64,000 bases of DNA. Origin: Macrostomum lignano. Its lineage: Eukaryota. Positions within the stretch are counted from its first letter, which is position 1, and the number at the start of each line of letters is the position of its first letter. The notes under the pieces were generated by a model, which saw only the letters and a list, made by a program, of their open reading frames with translations, made no database searches and was not told where the DNA came from. The translations under genes were made by a program, and so were the position numbers. Below are positions 27,495 to 39,222 of the stretch, piece by piece. Location: the NCBI GenBank assembly GCA_002269645.1, contig NIVC01000540.1, forward strand, positions 186,001 through 250,000, given 5' to 3'.

Positions 27495-27957
27495 TGCCGC
27501 ACCAATGTAGAAATGCTCATTATAGCAAAAGCAACATCTTTATGGAGGTGTTTGGATTCTTTTGCAGGCAAAACAAAAAATATATATTCAACTAGACAAC
27601 TCAAGAGGAAATTAAAGATTCGAATATTCGAAAAGACACTTGAGAAGGGAGGGTAAGTGGCGAACAAGACTGCTTGATGCACAGAGAGAACAGGCTGAGT
27701 AAAGAGGTCTGCTTTATAGAATAGCAGCCGTTCTGGAGGGAGGGGGGCTGAGCTTCAAGCCTCCTCAATCCGAATACGCTATTTATTGTCCCTCTCTTGG
27801 CTGCGAATGGAGAGGAGGGGCGGACGGCTAACAGGCCAACCAACCAGAGACCTCCTGTCTCCGACCAACCCTAAGGGGGGGGGGGCTACCCACGAGTAAC
27901 CGACTCTAGAAACCTTTTGTGTTCAGTATTGCGCTCATATAAACAGGGGGCAGATAT

Positions 27958-28933
27958 GGGTGCCATCACAAGCTCGAAAAGTCACATCGTCGAAAAGCAT
28001 CTACCATCACAATCTCGAAAAATCATAAGCTCGAAAAGTCATATCGTCGAAAAGTTTAGCAACCACCATCACAAGCTCGAACATGGTTAGGGTTAGAGCT
28101 TGTGCCTTAGGGTTAGGGTTTAGGGTTAAGTTTAGGGTTGGGGTTAGAACTTGTGCCTTAGGGTTAGGGTTTAGGGTTAGGGTCGGGGTTAGAACTAGTG
28201 CCTTTAAGTTAGGGTTTAGGGTTAGGTTAGGGTTGGGGTTAGGGTTAGTGCCTTGGGGTTAGGGTTAGTGCCTTGGGGTTTCGACGATGTGATTTTTCGA
28301 GCTTGTGATGGTGGCTGCTAAATTTTTCGACGATATGATTTTTCGAGTTTATGACTTTTCGAGATTGTGATGGAGCCTTGTTTTCGACGATATGATTTTT
28401 CGAGCTTATGACTTTTCGAGATTGTGATGGAGCCTTATTTTCGACGATATGATTTTTCGAGCTTATGACTTTTCGAGATTGTGATGGAGCCTTATTTTCG
28501 ACGATATGATTTTTCGAGCTTATGACTTTTCGAGATTGTGATGGAGCCTTATTTTCGACGATATGATTTTTCGAGCTTATGACTTTTCGAGATTGTGATG
28601 GAGCCTTATTTTCGACGATATGATTTTTCGAGCTTATGACTTTTCGAGATTGTGATGGAGCCTTATTTTCGACGATATGATTTTTCGAGCTTATGACTTT
28701 TCGAGATTGTGATGGAGCCTTGTTTTCGACGATATGATTTTTCGAGCTTATGACTTTTCGAGATTGTGATGGAGCCTTATTTTCGACGATATGATTTTTC
28801 GAGCTTATGACTTTTCGAGATTGTGATGGAGCCTTGTTTTCGACGATATGATTTTTCGAGCTTATGACTTTTCGAGATTGTGATGGAGCCTTGTTTTCGA
28901 CGATATGATTTTTCGAGCTTATGATGGCGACCC
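27958..28933. mobile_element. non-autonomous foldback-type DNA transposon with TTAGGG core and expanded 57-bp subterminal repeat
   Basis: 8-bp TSD GCAGATAT (27950-27957, 28934-28941); termini GGGTGCCATCACAAGCTCGAAAA / TTTTCGAGCTTATGATGGCGACCC; arms 28004-28081 and 28296-28373 inverted. Confidence 0.88.
28085..28277 (+). repeat. degenerate interstitial (TTAGGG)n
   Basis: Multiple TTAGGG/TTTAGGG units mixed with TTAGTGCC variants. Confidence 0.85.
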
Positions 28934-29095
28934 GCAGATATGACAATAAAAAATGTTAAGTTGAGACACTTTCAACGCGAAATAGGTCAAATTATGCAGA
29001 GTAAAAGTAAGGCGGAGAGATTATTTACGAGTAATGGTTGCAGGGCATAAGTTACTCAGGGGAGTTTAAGAGTGACGGAGTTGGGTTGCCGCTTG

Positions 29096-29615
29096 CCCCT
29101 GTATCCTCCAGTGGGTTGTCCCATGCTCTTTTATCCTCCAGTGGGTTGTCCCATGCTCTTTTATCCTCCAGTGGGTTGTCCCATGCTCTTTTATCCTCCA
29201 GTGGGTTGTCCCATGCCTCTGTATCCTCCAGTGGGTTGTCCCATGCCCTTGTATCCTCCAGTGGGTTGTCCCATGCCTCTGTATCCTCCAGTGGGTTGTC
29301 CCATGCTCTTTTATCCTCCAGTGGGTTGTCCCATGCTCTTTTATCCTCCAGTGGGTTGTCCCATGCTCTTTTATCCTCCAGTGGGTTGTCCCATGCCCCT
29401 GTATCCTCCAGTGGGTTGTCCCATGCCATTGTATCCTCCAGTGGGTTGTCCCATGCCTCTGTATCCTCCAGTGGGTTGTCCCATGCTCTTTTATCCTCCA
29501 GTGGGTTGTCCCATGCCCCTGTATCCTCCAGTGGGTTGTCCCATGCCATTGTATCCTCCAGTGGGTTGTCCCATGCTCTTTTATCCTCCAGTGGGTTGTC
29601 CCATGCCCCTGTATC
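29096..29615. repeat. 30-bp minisatellite (TATCCTCCAGTGGGTTGTCCCATGCTCTTT)
   Basis: Direct reading. Confidence 0.95.
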
Positions 29616-30133
29616 CTTCAATGGGGTCCTTCAGTTGTAGTTCCAGTGAGTACGTGAAATGCATTTTCATTACAATTAATTTTATTCAAGTTGAGACAAC
29701 ATTTATCGATGCCAGTGCTCGCATTTCTACTACAAGTAGCTAGGTGTGACTATTAGCGCGGTTTGTGAGGAAAATGGACTCAGATATTTGAGGCCTAACC
29801 ATGACTGTATTATAAACAAATAATTTGCAGATTCTTTAATAGATTCTTTTACGAAGTTTGCAGATTTCACTGTGGTAACAAAGCTTGAGTCGTAAACAAC
29901 AATAAAGAGTTTAAGTGAGTTAGGAGTTTACGATTAATTAAGAGACATTACTTATATGTGAAGTAGATTGTTGCGATTGTATCGAAAAAATATTCGGGAA
30001 TAATGAAGCAAATCATTTACAATTGTATAAGAACTTGGTGGTTACCAATTTATATTGTAAAAAAAGACATTAAACTGGCCTGGGTCAGTCCGTAAATGGA
30101 GATTTAGCTAGTCAGGCTTGCTGCTGTCAGTCA

Positions 30134-30820
30134 GCGGGAAAGCACTCAGGCAGCAGGGAGCACTCAGTCAGCAGGAAAGCATTCATGCAGCAGGGAGCAC
30201 TCAGGCAGCAGGGAGCACTCAGGCAGCAGGGAGCACTCAGGCAGCAGGGAGCACTCAGTCAGCAGGGAGCACTCAGGCAGCAGGGAGCACTCAGTCAGCA
30301 GGGAGCACTCAGGCAGCAGGGAGCACTCAGGCAGCAGGGAGCACTCAGTCAGCAGGAAAGCATTCATGCAGCAGGAAAGCATTCATGCAGCAGGGAGCAC
30401 TCAGGCAGCAGGGAGCACTCAGGCAGCAGGGAGCACTCAGGCAGCAGGGAGCACTCAGGCAGCAGGGAGCACTCAGGCAGCAGGGAGCACTCAGGCAGCA
30501 GGAAAGCATTCATGCAGCAGGAAAGCATTCATGCAGCAGGGAGCACTCAGGCAGCAGGGAGCACTCAGGCAGCAGGGAGCACTCAGTCAGCAGGAAAGCA
30601 TTCATGCAGCAGGAAAGCATTCATGCAGCAGGGAGCACTCAGGCAGCAGGGAGCACTCAGTCAGCAGGAAAGCATTCATGCAGCAGGGAGCACTCAGGCA
30701 GCAGGGAGCACTCAGGCAGCAGGGAGCACTCAGGCAGTAGGGAAGCACCCAGGCAGCAGGGAGCACTCAGGCAGTAGGGAAGCACTCAGGCAGCAGCAGG
30801 GAAGCACTCAGGCAGCAGGG
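30134..30820. repeat. 18-bp minisatellite (GCAGGGAGCACTCAGGCA) overlapping the channel stop codon
   Basis: Direct reading. Confidence 0.92.
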
Positions 30821-31130
30821 TCTCGCACAGAGGCGCAGTGACAGCCAGGACAGCCCAGTAGGCGGCGCTGAAGGCCACCCAGGCCAGCGGCAGGGCGGCT
30901 CTCAGCAGGCGGCGGCACAGCCGGCAGCAGCGAACTTGACGACGTCGACGATGATGCCGGCCGCTGCCTCGACCATGTCCGGCAGCTCGGCCGACCGACG
31001 CATCGATACCCGCCGTGCTGAACAGATCGAGATGATCCTCCGACGAGTCTGACAGCACGAGGGCGGCCGCCGCGGCGGATGTCGACCGCGGCGCCTTCGA
31101 GTAGGCCGTGATGGGCGAGCGGTAGGCCGC
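30786..31130 (-). CDS. Cys-loop ligand-gated ion channel exon 8 (M3-M4 loop end, M4, stop)
   Basis: Acceptor GGCAG phase 0; RLLRAALPLAWVAFSAAYWAVLA resembles the M4 R..FP..F..fn..YW motif. Confidence 0.85.
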   Translation of the reverse strand, partial: AAYRSPITAYSKAPRSTSAAAAALVLSDSSEDHLDLFSTAGIDASVGRAAGHGRGSGRHHRRRRQVRCCRLCRRLLRAALPLAWVAFSAAYWAVLAVTAPLCETLLPECFPAAA

Positions 31131-31149
31131 CTGCCGATGGGGTGGAGAT

Positions 31150-31292
31150 CGGGGATGGTTTCAGGGATAGGATCAGGGACGGGATCAGGGACGGGATCAG
31201 GGATGGGATCAGGGACGGGATCAGGGACGGGATCAGGGAGGGGATCAGGGATGGGATCGGGGATGAGATCAGGGAGGGGATCAGGGAGGGGA
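31150..31292. repeat. 12-bp minisatellite (GGGATCAGGGAC)
   Basis: Direct reading. Confidence 0.85.
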
Positions 31293-31578
31293 TTAAGCAT
31301 GGGCGAGCTCAAAGGATGGGGCAATTAAAGGTAGAGGTAATCAAAGGATGTGATCTCAAAGGACTACGGGTATCATAGTATGAGGATTAAAATTACGGGG
31401 ATAAAAAAGGATGGGAATAAAAACATAGGCAAGGATAGGGTTGAGATCATAATACGGTATGAATGTCTGCGCCAATCAGCTACTGTGAGTAGCTAGACAG
31501 TAGCGTCCTAACTTTGCTACTATTGATATTATACTTGGAAAAACGCAGGCAAGGCCGCACAGCAAACCGAACTCTCAC

Positions 31579-31845
31579 CTTGCCGGCGCCGGCGCCATTT
31601 TTGTTCGCGTCGGAGCCGTCGACGTGTCGCTCACCATCGTCATCGCGGTCTTCCTCGTTGCCACCGTCGTCGCGAGCATCGCTGCGGCTGCAGAAGCAGC
31701 AACAGCAGCAGCAACTGTCGGTGGAGGCGGAGCCGGGCGAGGCGACGGAGTCGGCAGCGGCGCTCAGAAGGCAGCAGACGGCGACGATGCAGGCGACGGC
31801 GTGCCAGGCATCCAGAATGGATAGCGGCTGTGGGAGCTGCCACGC
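31579..31845 (-). CDS. Cys-loop channel exon 7 (M2-M3 loop, M3, intracellular loop)
   Basis: Acceptor CCCAG, donor AAG|GTGAGA, phase 0-0; LPQPLSILDAWHAVACIVAVCCLLS. Confidence 0.82.
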
Positions 31846-31934
31846 CTGGGCGGGGGGTGAATTTTGAGTAGAATTCTCTTGGTACTCTACTGTGAGACTG
31901 CCTCTGGGGATTCTTTGAGAGTTTATCGTGCTTA

Positions 31935-32380
31935 ATGAGATTCTGTGAGATCCTGTGAGAAGCTGTGAGATTTTGTGGCATTCTGTGAGTTTCAATTAGA
32001 TTTTGTGAGAATCTCAGAGATTCTGTGAGGTTCTGTGAGAATCTGTGAGATTCTGTGAGATTCTATGAGATTCTGTGAGATTCTATGAGATTCTGTGAGA
32101 TTCTGTGAGATTCTGTGAGATTCTGTGAGATTCTGTGAGATTCTATGAGATTCTGTGAGATTCTATGAGATTCTGTGAGATTCTATGAGATTCTGTGAGA
32201 TTCTATGAGATTCTGTGAGATTCTATGAGAATCTGTGAGATTCTATGAGAATCTGTGAGATTCTGTGAGAATCTGTGAGATTCTGTGAGAATCTGTGAGA
32301 TTCTGTGAGAATCTGTGAGATTCTGTGAGAATCTGTGAGATTCTGTGAGAATCTGTGAGATTCTATGAGATTCTGTGAGA
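31935..32380. repeat. 10-bp minisatellite (TTCTGTGAGA)
   Basis: Direct reading. Confidence 0.93.
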
Positions 32381-32522
32381 CTCTCTTTAACGGGATTATA
32401 TACAAATTAGCGAGAATCAGCGGCATCATCTAATAATTTCAAAAGGAAATTTCAAAGAAAATTTAAGTTCAGTGAATCTCAAACAAAAAATAGAAACTCA
32501 GAGCAGAAGGCAAAAGTCTCAC

Positions 32523-32716
32523 CTGCACGATGCAGTGAAGCGCCAGCAGATTCACGCAGACCCGAGCGGCTGGGCATTCAATGAGCAGAAACAGACTGGA
32601 CAGACACAACAGGGTGAGGAGACCCGCCAGAATGCAACGGCGAAGCTCAGGCGAGGCCGCCGTGCTCAGCAGGTCCGACCGGATGCACACCTGCGCCTGC
32701 AGTCTCAGCCCGCGAG
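32523..32716 (-). CDS. Cys-loop channel exon 6 (pre-M1, M1, M2)
   Basis: Acceptor CCACAG (phase 1), donor CAG|GTGAGA; ELRRCILAGLLTLLCLSSLFLLIECPAARVCVNLLALHCIVQ. Confidence 0.82.
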
Positions 32717-32765
32717 CTGTGGAAGTGAGATTTTTTAAATAACCCTGACCCTAATCACTGATTAC

Positions 32766-35700
32766 CCTGAAGCCTCACTGATTACCTGAAGCCTCACTGA
32801 TTATCCTGAAGCCTCACCAACTATCCCGAAGCCTCGATGATTATCCTGAAGCCTTACCAACTATTCTGAAGCCTCAATAACTGTCCTGAAGCCTCACTAA
32901 CTATCCTTATGCCTCAATAACTATCCCGAAGCCTCACGCCTCACTGATTATCCTGAAGCCTCACCAACTATCCTGATGCCTCAATACGAGCTAACTATCC
33001 CGAAGCCTCACTGATTATCCTGAAGCCTCACCAACTATCCTGAAGCCTCACTGATTATCCTGAAGCCTCACCAACTATCCCGAAGCCTCGATGATTATCC
33101 TGAAGCCTCACCAAATATCCCGAAGCCTTACTGATTATCCTGAAGCCTCACTGATTATCCTGAAGCCTCACCAACTATCCCGAAGCCTCGATGATTATCC
33201 TGAAGCCTTACAAACTATTCTGAAGCCTCAATAACTTTCCTGAAGCCTCATTAACTATCCTGATGCCTCAATAACTATCCCGAAGCCTCACGCCTCACTG
33301 ATTATCCTGAAGCCTCACCAACTATCCTGATGCCTCAATAACTATCCCGAAGCCTCACTGATTATCCTGAAGCCTCACCAACTATCCTGAAGCCTCACTG
33401 ATTATCCTGAAGCCTCACCAACTATCTTGAAGCCTCACTGAATATCCTGAAGCCTAACAACTATCCTGAAGCCTCACTGATCATCCTGAAGCCTCACTGA
33501 TTATCCTGAAGCCTTACCAACTATTCTGAAGCCTCAATAAATGTCTTGAAGCCTCACCGACTATCCTGAAGCCTCAACGAATTTTCTGAAGTCTCACAGT
33601 TTATACTGAAATCTCACTGACTGTACTGAAGCCTCACTGCCTGTACTGAAGCTTCACTGACTGTCCCGAAGCCTCATTGACTGTCTCGAAGCCTCACTGA
33701 CTGTGCTGAAGCCTCACTAACTGTACTGAAGCCTCACTAACTGTACTGAAGCCTCACTAACTGTACTGAAGCCTCACTTACTGTACTGAAGTCTCACTAA
33801 CTGTACTGAAGCCTCACTAATTGTACTGAAGCCTCACTAACTGTACTGAAGCCTCACTAACTGTACTGAAGCCTCACTGCCTGTACTGAAGCCTCACTAA
33901 CTGTACTGAAGCCTCCCTTACTGTACTGAAGCCTCACTTACTGTACTGAAGCCTCACTAACTGTACTGAAGCCTCACTAACTGTACTCAGGCCTCACTAA
34001 CTGTACTGAAGCCTCACTAACTGTACTGAAGCCTCACTAACTGTACTGAAGCCTCACTAACTGTACTGAAGCCTCACTTACTGTACTGAAGCCTCACTAA
34101 CTGTACTCAGGCCTCACTAACTGTACTGAAGCCTCACTAACTGTACTGAAGCCTCACTAACTGTACTGAAGCCTCACTAACTGTACTGAAGCCTCACTGA
34201 CTGTACTGAATCCTCACTAACTGTACTGAAGCCTCACTAACTGTACTGAAGCCTCACTAACTGTACTGAAGCCTCACTAACTGTACTCAGGCCTCACTAA
34301 CTGTACTGAAGCCTCACTAACTGTACTCAGGCCTCACTAACTGTACTGAAGCCTCACTAACTGTACTGAAGCCTCACTGCCTGTACTGAAGCCTCACTAA
34401 CTGTACTGAAGCCTCACTAACTGTACTGAAGCCTCACTTACTGTACTGAAGCCTCACTTACTGTACTGAAGCCTCACTAACTGTACTGAAGCCTCACTAA
34501 CTGTACTGAAGCCTCACTAACTGTACTGAAGCCTCACTAACTGTACTGAAGCCTCACTAACTGTACTGAAGCCTCACTAACTGTACTGAAGCCTCACTAA
34601 CTGTACTCAGGCCTCACTAACTGTACTGAAGCCTCACTAACTGTACTGAAGCCTCACTAACTGTACTGAAGCCTCACTAACTGTACTCAGGCCTCACTAA
34701 CTGTACTGAAGCCTCACTAACTGTACTGAAGCCTCACTAACTGTACTCAGGCCTCACGAACTGTACTGAAGCCTCACTAACTGTACTGAAGCCTCACTAA
34801 CTGTACTGAAGCCTCACTAACTGTACTGAAGCCTCACTAACTGTACTGAAGCCTCACTTACTGTACTGAAGCCTCACTAACTGTACGGAAGCCTCACTAA
34901 CTGTACTGAAGCCTCACTTACTGTACTGAAGCCTCACTAACTGTACTCAGGCCTCACTAACTGTACTGAAGCCTCACTAACTGTACTCAGGCCTCACTAA
35001 CTGTACTGAAGCCTCACTGCCTGTACGGAAGCCTCACTAACTGTACTGAAGCCTCACTAACTGTACTGAAGCCTCACTTACTGTACTGAAGCCTCACTAA
35101 CTGTACGGAAGCCTCACTAACTGTACTGAAGCCTCACTAACTGTACTGAAGCCTCACTAACTGTACGGAAGCCTCACTAACTGTACTGAAGCCTCACTTA
35201 CTGTACTGAAGCCTCACTTACTGTACTCAGGCCTCACTAACTGTACTGAAGCCTCACTAACTGTACTCAGGCCTCACTAACTGTACTGAAGCCTCACTAA
35301 CTGTACTGAAGCCTCAATAACTGTACTGAAGCCTCACTAACTGTACTGAAGCCTCACTTACTGTACTGAAGCCTCACTTACTGTACTGAAGCCTCACTAA
35401 CTGTACTGAAGCCTCACTAACTGTACTGAAGCCTCACTAACTGTACTGAAGCCTCACTAACTGTACTCAGGCCTCACTAACTATACTGAAGCCTCACTAA
35501 CTGTACTGAAGCCTCACTAACTGTACTCAGGCCTCACTAACTGTACTGAAGCCTCACTAACTGTACTGAAGCCTCACTGCCTGTACTGAAGCCTCACTAA
35601 CTGTACTGAAGCCTCACTAACTGTACTGAAGCCTCACTAACTGTACTGAAGCCTCACTAACTGTACTGAAGCCTCACTAACTGTACTGAAGCCTCACTAA

Positions 35701-35804
35701 CTGTACTGAAGCCTCACTAACTGTACTGAAGCCTCACTAACTGTACTGAAGCCTCACTAACTGTACTGAAGCCTCACTAACTGTACTGAAGCCTCACTAA
35801 CTGT
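32766..35804. repeat. 3-kb 20-bp minisatellite (CTGTACTGAAGCCTCACTAA) with older degenerate left part
   Basis: Direct reading. Confidence 0.97.
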
Positions 35805-35838
35805 AGGAGCAAACAGTTCGTGCTTCAGTCGAGCTCAC

Positions 35839-35970
35839 CCTGCTCAGCAGAACCGGCCGCCTCGGTCACCCGATATACCAGAGGGTGCTGGCCGCCTCGC
35901 ACTTCGCTGCACTTCAGCCGGTGCCGGTCGCTCGGACTCACCCGAATCGAGCGGCGACTCTGTGGATGAG
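35839..35970 (-). CDS. Cys-loop channel exon 5 (beta8-loop C region)
   Basis: Acceptor CCGCAG, donor G|GTGAGC, phase 1-1, open frame THPQSRRSIRV...GSAEQG. Confidence 0.7.
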
Positions 35971-36062
35971 CTGCGGTTGAAGACAGAGAGTTAAGATAAA
36001 CAAAGACCAAAGGTCTGGAAAGTTAGCAACCCGGAACTTGAAGTTGCTTCAAATCGGCTTAC

Positions 36063-36145
36063 TATCTTCAAAGACAAGCGCGCACAGTTGGTCTCCTAGA
36101 GGATGCCGAATGCTGGAACTGTCGCACCTTACACTCGCTCGGTAC
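36063..36145 (-). CDS. Cys-loop channel exon 4 (Cys loop)
   Basis: Acceptor CTGCAG, donor A|GTAAGC; WYRASVR-C-DSSSIRHPLGDQL-C-ALVFED, 13 residues between the Cys. Confidence 0.88.
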
Positions 36146-36564
36146 CTGCAGTTTGTGGTGAGTATGGCTATCAGATGAGGATACGCACAATGTACAGACT
36201 GTTAAGTCCTCAGAAAAAAAGTACATACAGCCTGGTAAATGTACAGCTTGATAAATGCTGATAAACAGCATAAAAGTGCATTATAAATGTATGGCGTCTT
36301 AAGTGTACAGCCTAGATAGGTAGCAAAATTGCACATTTCTTTTTTTAATTACGTTCGTAGAGGCGGGGGGTTGTGTGCACACTGGCGCACTTTAAGCGAC
36401 ATTGTCACACAACCGGCGAGAGGCATTGCTGCCCATTCCGCCGACTCCTCTGAGCAGGCACACAAAAGCGCGGATACGTACGCAGTTATACGCACAGGCA
36501 CACACTCACACAGGAGTGTACAGCGGCCCTAACTTTATTTATCGTTAGGAATGTACACTTCACT

Positions 36565-36704
36565 GTGCCTTGGGGAATGACCCTCGACGAACAGAGCCAA
36601 GCCGAGATTCCAATTTAGTTCCAAATAATTGTGACTGCACTTGGAATCGAGCCTGGGCCGCTGGCGCATCAGAGCGCCGCACCAGACCACCGGGCTACGG
36701 CCCC
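36565..36704 (-). mobile_element. tRNA-derived SINE-like element (5' head)
   Basis: GGGGCCG-TAGCCCGGTGG (A box) ... GGCTCGATTCC (B box); 3' limit uncertain. Confidence 0.6.
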
Positions 36705-37018
36705 AGACACACTCACCAAAGCCTGTAGATTACTGCCCCAGACACACTCACCAAAGCCTGTAGATCACTGCCCCAGACACACTCACCAAAGCCTGTAGAT
36801 CACTGCCGCAGACACACTCACCAAAGCCTGTAGATTACTGCCCCAGACACACTCACCAAAGCCTGTAGATCACTGCCCCAGACACACTCACCAAAGCCTG
36901 TAGATCCCTGCCGCAGACACACTCACCAAAGCCTGTAGATCACTGCCCCAGACACACTCACCAAAGCCTGTAGATCACTGCCCCAGACACACTCACCAAA
37001 GCCTGTAGATCACTGCCC
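36701..37018 (-). repeat. 9 x 35-bp minisatellite, each unit containing the exon 3 end and GTGAGT donor
   Basis: Minus unit CAGTGATCTACAGGCTTTG|GTGAGTGTGTCTGGGG; plus-strand units start 36701, 36736 ... 36981. Confidence 0.95.
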
Positions 37019-37205
37019 TGTCGCCGGGAGCCAGATGAAGGTAGAGCGAGTTCTGATCCTCTTCCATGGACAACGCATTCACGAAGGCCATCCGCGGCGT
37101 CCACAGATTCTGACGGTTCAGCGGCACCGACTGCAGGTCCTCCTGGAGCATCTTCAGGAAGCGATGCCGCCAGCGCAGCTCCAGGGTGATGGACATGTCC
37201 AGGAT
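36997..37205 (-). CDS. Cys-loop channel exon 3 (beta2-beta6)
   Basis: ILDMSITLELRWRHRFL...QNLWTPRMAFVN matches the W.D.RL...WxPd...N motif; donor TG|GTGAGT (phase 2). Confidence 0.9.
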
Positions 37206-37304
37206 CTGGCAAAGTGGCAGGGGGGGGGGTAGAGAATCAATGCGAGTTATGATCGGAATTTCAGCAAAGTCTGCGAGACCGTTCAACATGCAAATAACGT
37301 GAAA

Positions 37305-37535
37305 ATGCTTAGAATGTTTTGCAAAGTATGTCAAGAATGTTTAGAATGTGCAGAACATGTCAAGAATGTTTAGAATGTGCAGATCATGCCAAGAATGTTT
37401 AGAATGTGAATATCATGTCAAAAATGTTTACAATGTGCAGATCATGTCAAGAATGCTTAGAATGTTCAGATCATTTCAAGAATGTTTACAATGTGCAGAT
37501 CATGTCAAGAATGCTTAGAATGCGCAGATCATGTC
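37305..37535. repeat. ~29-bp minisatellite (AAGAATGTTTAGAATGTGCAGATCATGTC)
   Basis: Direct reading. Confidence 0.85.
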
Positions 37536-37571
37536 AAAGATGATTTCTAATTTGCACAGCAAAAAACTCGC

Positions 37572-37740
37572 CTGATTAGCAAACCGCAGCACCCGTCCGA
37601 TCTCGAGTGAGACATTCAACAGGCCGTCAACAGAGTCGCCTAACGGTGCAATCTCTGGCACGTCCATGTTCATGTACAGGGAGCGGATCTGCTCCTTGAC
37701 CGACTCCGTGCTCAGTTTCCTGTCCGGGTGCGAGGTCGGA
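37572..37740 (-). CDS. Cys-loop channel exon 2 (N-terminal helix, beta1); GC donor
   Basis: Acceptor GACAG (phase 2); ESVKEQIRSLYMNMD...LNVSLEIGRVLRFANQ; donor CAG|GCGAGT joins in frame to ILDMS. Confidence 0.8.
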
Positions 37741-37844
37741 CTGTCATTTAGGTGAGAGAGTTTTAATCAGAGCATGTGCATCCTCTTTGTCCATAAGGCT
37801 TTGCATCCTGAAGCTTCGCCGCCCTAAAGCGCTACGACACTGAA

Positions 37845-38310
37845 GCCTCTTTAGTTCTGAAGCCTCACAGCCCTGAAGCCTCATGGGCCTGAAGCCTCAT
37901 GGCCCTGAAGCCTCACAGCCCTGAAGCCTCTTTAGTTCTGAAGCCTCACAGCCCTGAAGCCTCATGGCCCTGAAGCCTCTTTAGTTCTGAAGCCTCACAG
38001 CCCTGAAGCCTCATGGCCCTGAAGCCTCACAGCCCTGAAGCCTCACAGCCCTGAAGCCTCACAGCCCTGAAGCCTCACAGCCCTGAAGCCTCACAGCCCT
38101 GAAGCCTCACAGCCCTGAAGCCTCACAGCCCTGAAGCCTCATGGCCCTGAAGCCTCACAGCCCTGAAGCCTCATGGGCCTGAAGCCTCACAGCCCTGAAG
38201 CCTCACAGCCCTGAAGCCTCACAGCCCTGAAGCCTCATGGGCCTGAAGCCTCATGGCCCTGAAGCATCACAAGCCTAAAACCTCAGCCCTAAAACCTCAC
38301 AGCCCTGAAA
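37845..38310. repeat. 16-bp minisatellite (CCTCACAGCCCTGAAG)
   Basis: Direct reading; shares CTGAAGCCTCA core with 32766-35804. Confidence 0.9.
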
Positions 38311-39112
38311 CCTTATTCTCATTAAGCTTCATTATCCTTAAGCCTCATTATCTTTGATTCTCATTTCCCTTACGCACTATTATTCTTAATAAGGCTTAAG
38401 GGAAGCCTCATTATCTTTAAGCAAGCAACCGACTTTATTAACAAAATTAGTATTATACAAGAAATGATTACTCGCACCCCAAGTTTTGTATTCCCACAAA
38501 GCCGAACAAAAAGCAGAACTATTACAAGTCTAAAACAGCACATCTGAATCTCTAAAACAGTTCATTCCACATTAAAATTCATAGAATTTGTAAGCACAAA
38601 TTTTTCAGCCAACAATTTCCTGCATTTATGAATACAGGTTTCGCTACATGCAGGCGAGCTGGTGCGGAAACTGGGCCAACACTGCGGCCCTTATAGTTTC
38701 TGGGAGAGTAATAGACTTCGGTCAGTCATTTCCTGGCCTTCCCAGCACTTTTCCCGTTTGTCCCAGTTGTCCAGACTCTCTTCATGCCTGTCTGTCTGTG
38801 CCTCTGCCACCCTCAGCTGGCCCTGGGAAGTAGTTTGGGCCGAGTCAAACGACAGTCGTTGATTAGGCCCCCGCCCGCTAATAAGTGTTTCAGAGAATTG
38901 AAGCCACTTGTGCAGCTCCAGCATAAGGTTGTGTAAGTGTGTGTGTAAATAGCTTGTCCGTGTGCCAGCTGCATGGGTACAGGAAGACAAGCAGATTTTG
39001 TTTTGTATCGATCTTTTTCTCTAGCTCTCTCAGGTAGAATTGGTAAGCTTTTCTGCCGATTTTCTATAGTACCAAGCAGGTCTAGAATTTGCTCTTTCTG
39101 CCCCCCAGCCAG

Positions 39113-39222
<110 letters not shown>

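Noticed and set aside
28085-28277. True chromosome end or telomere fusion
   Set aside because: Single orientation, degenerate, and enclosed by TIRs and a TSD
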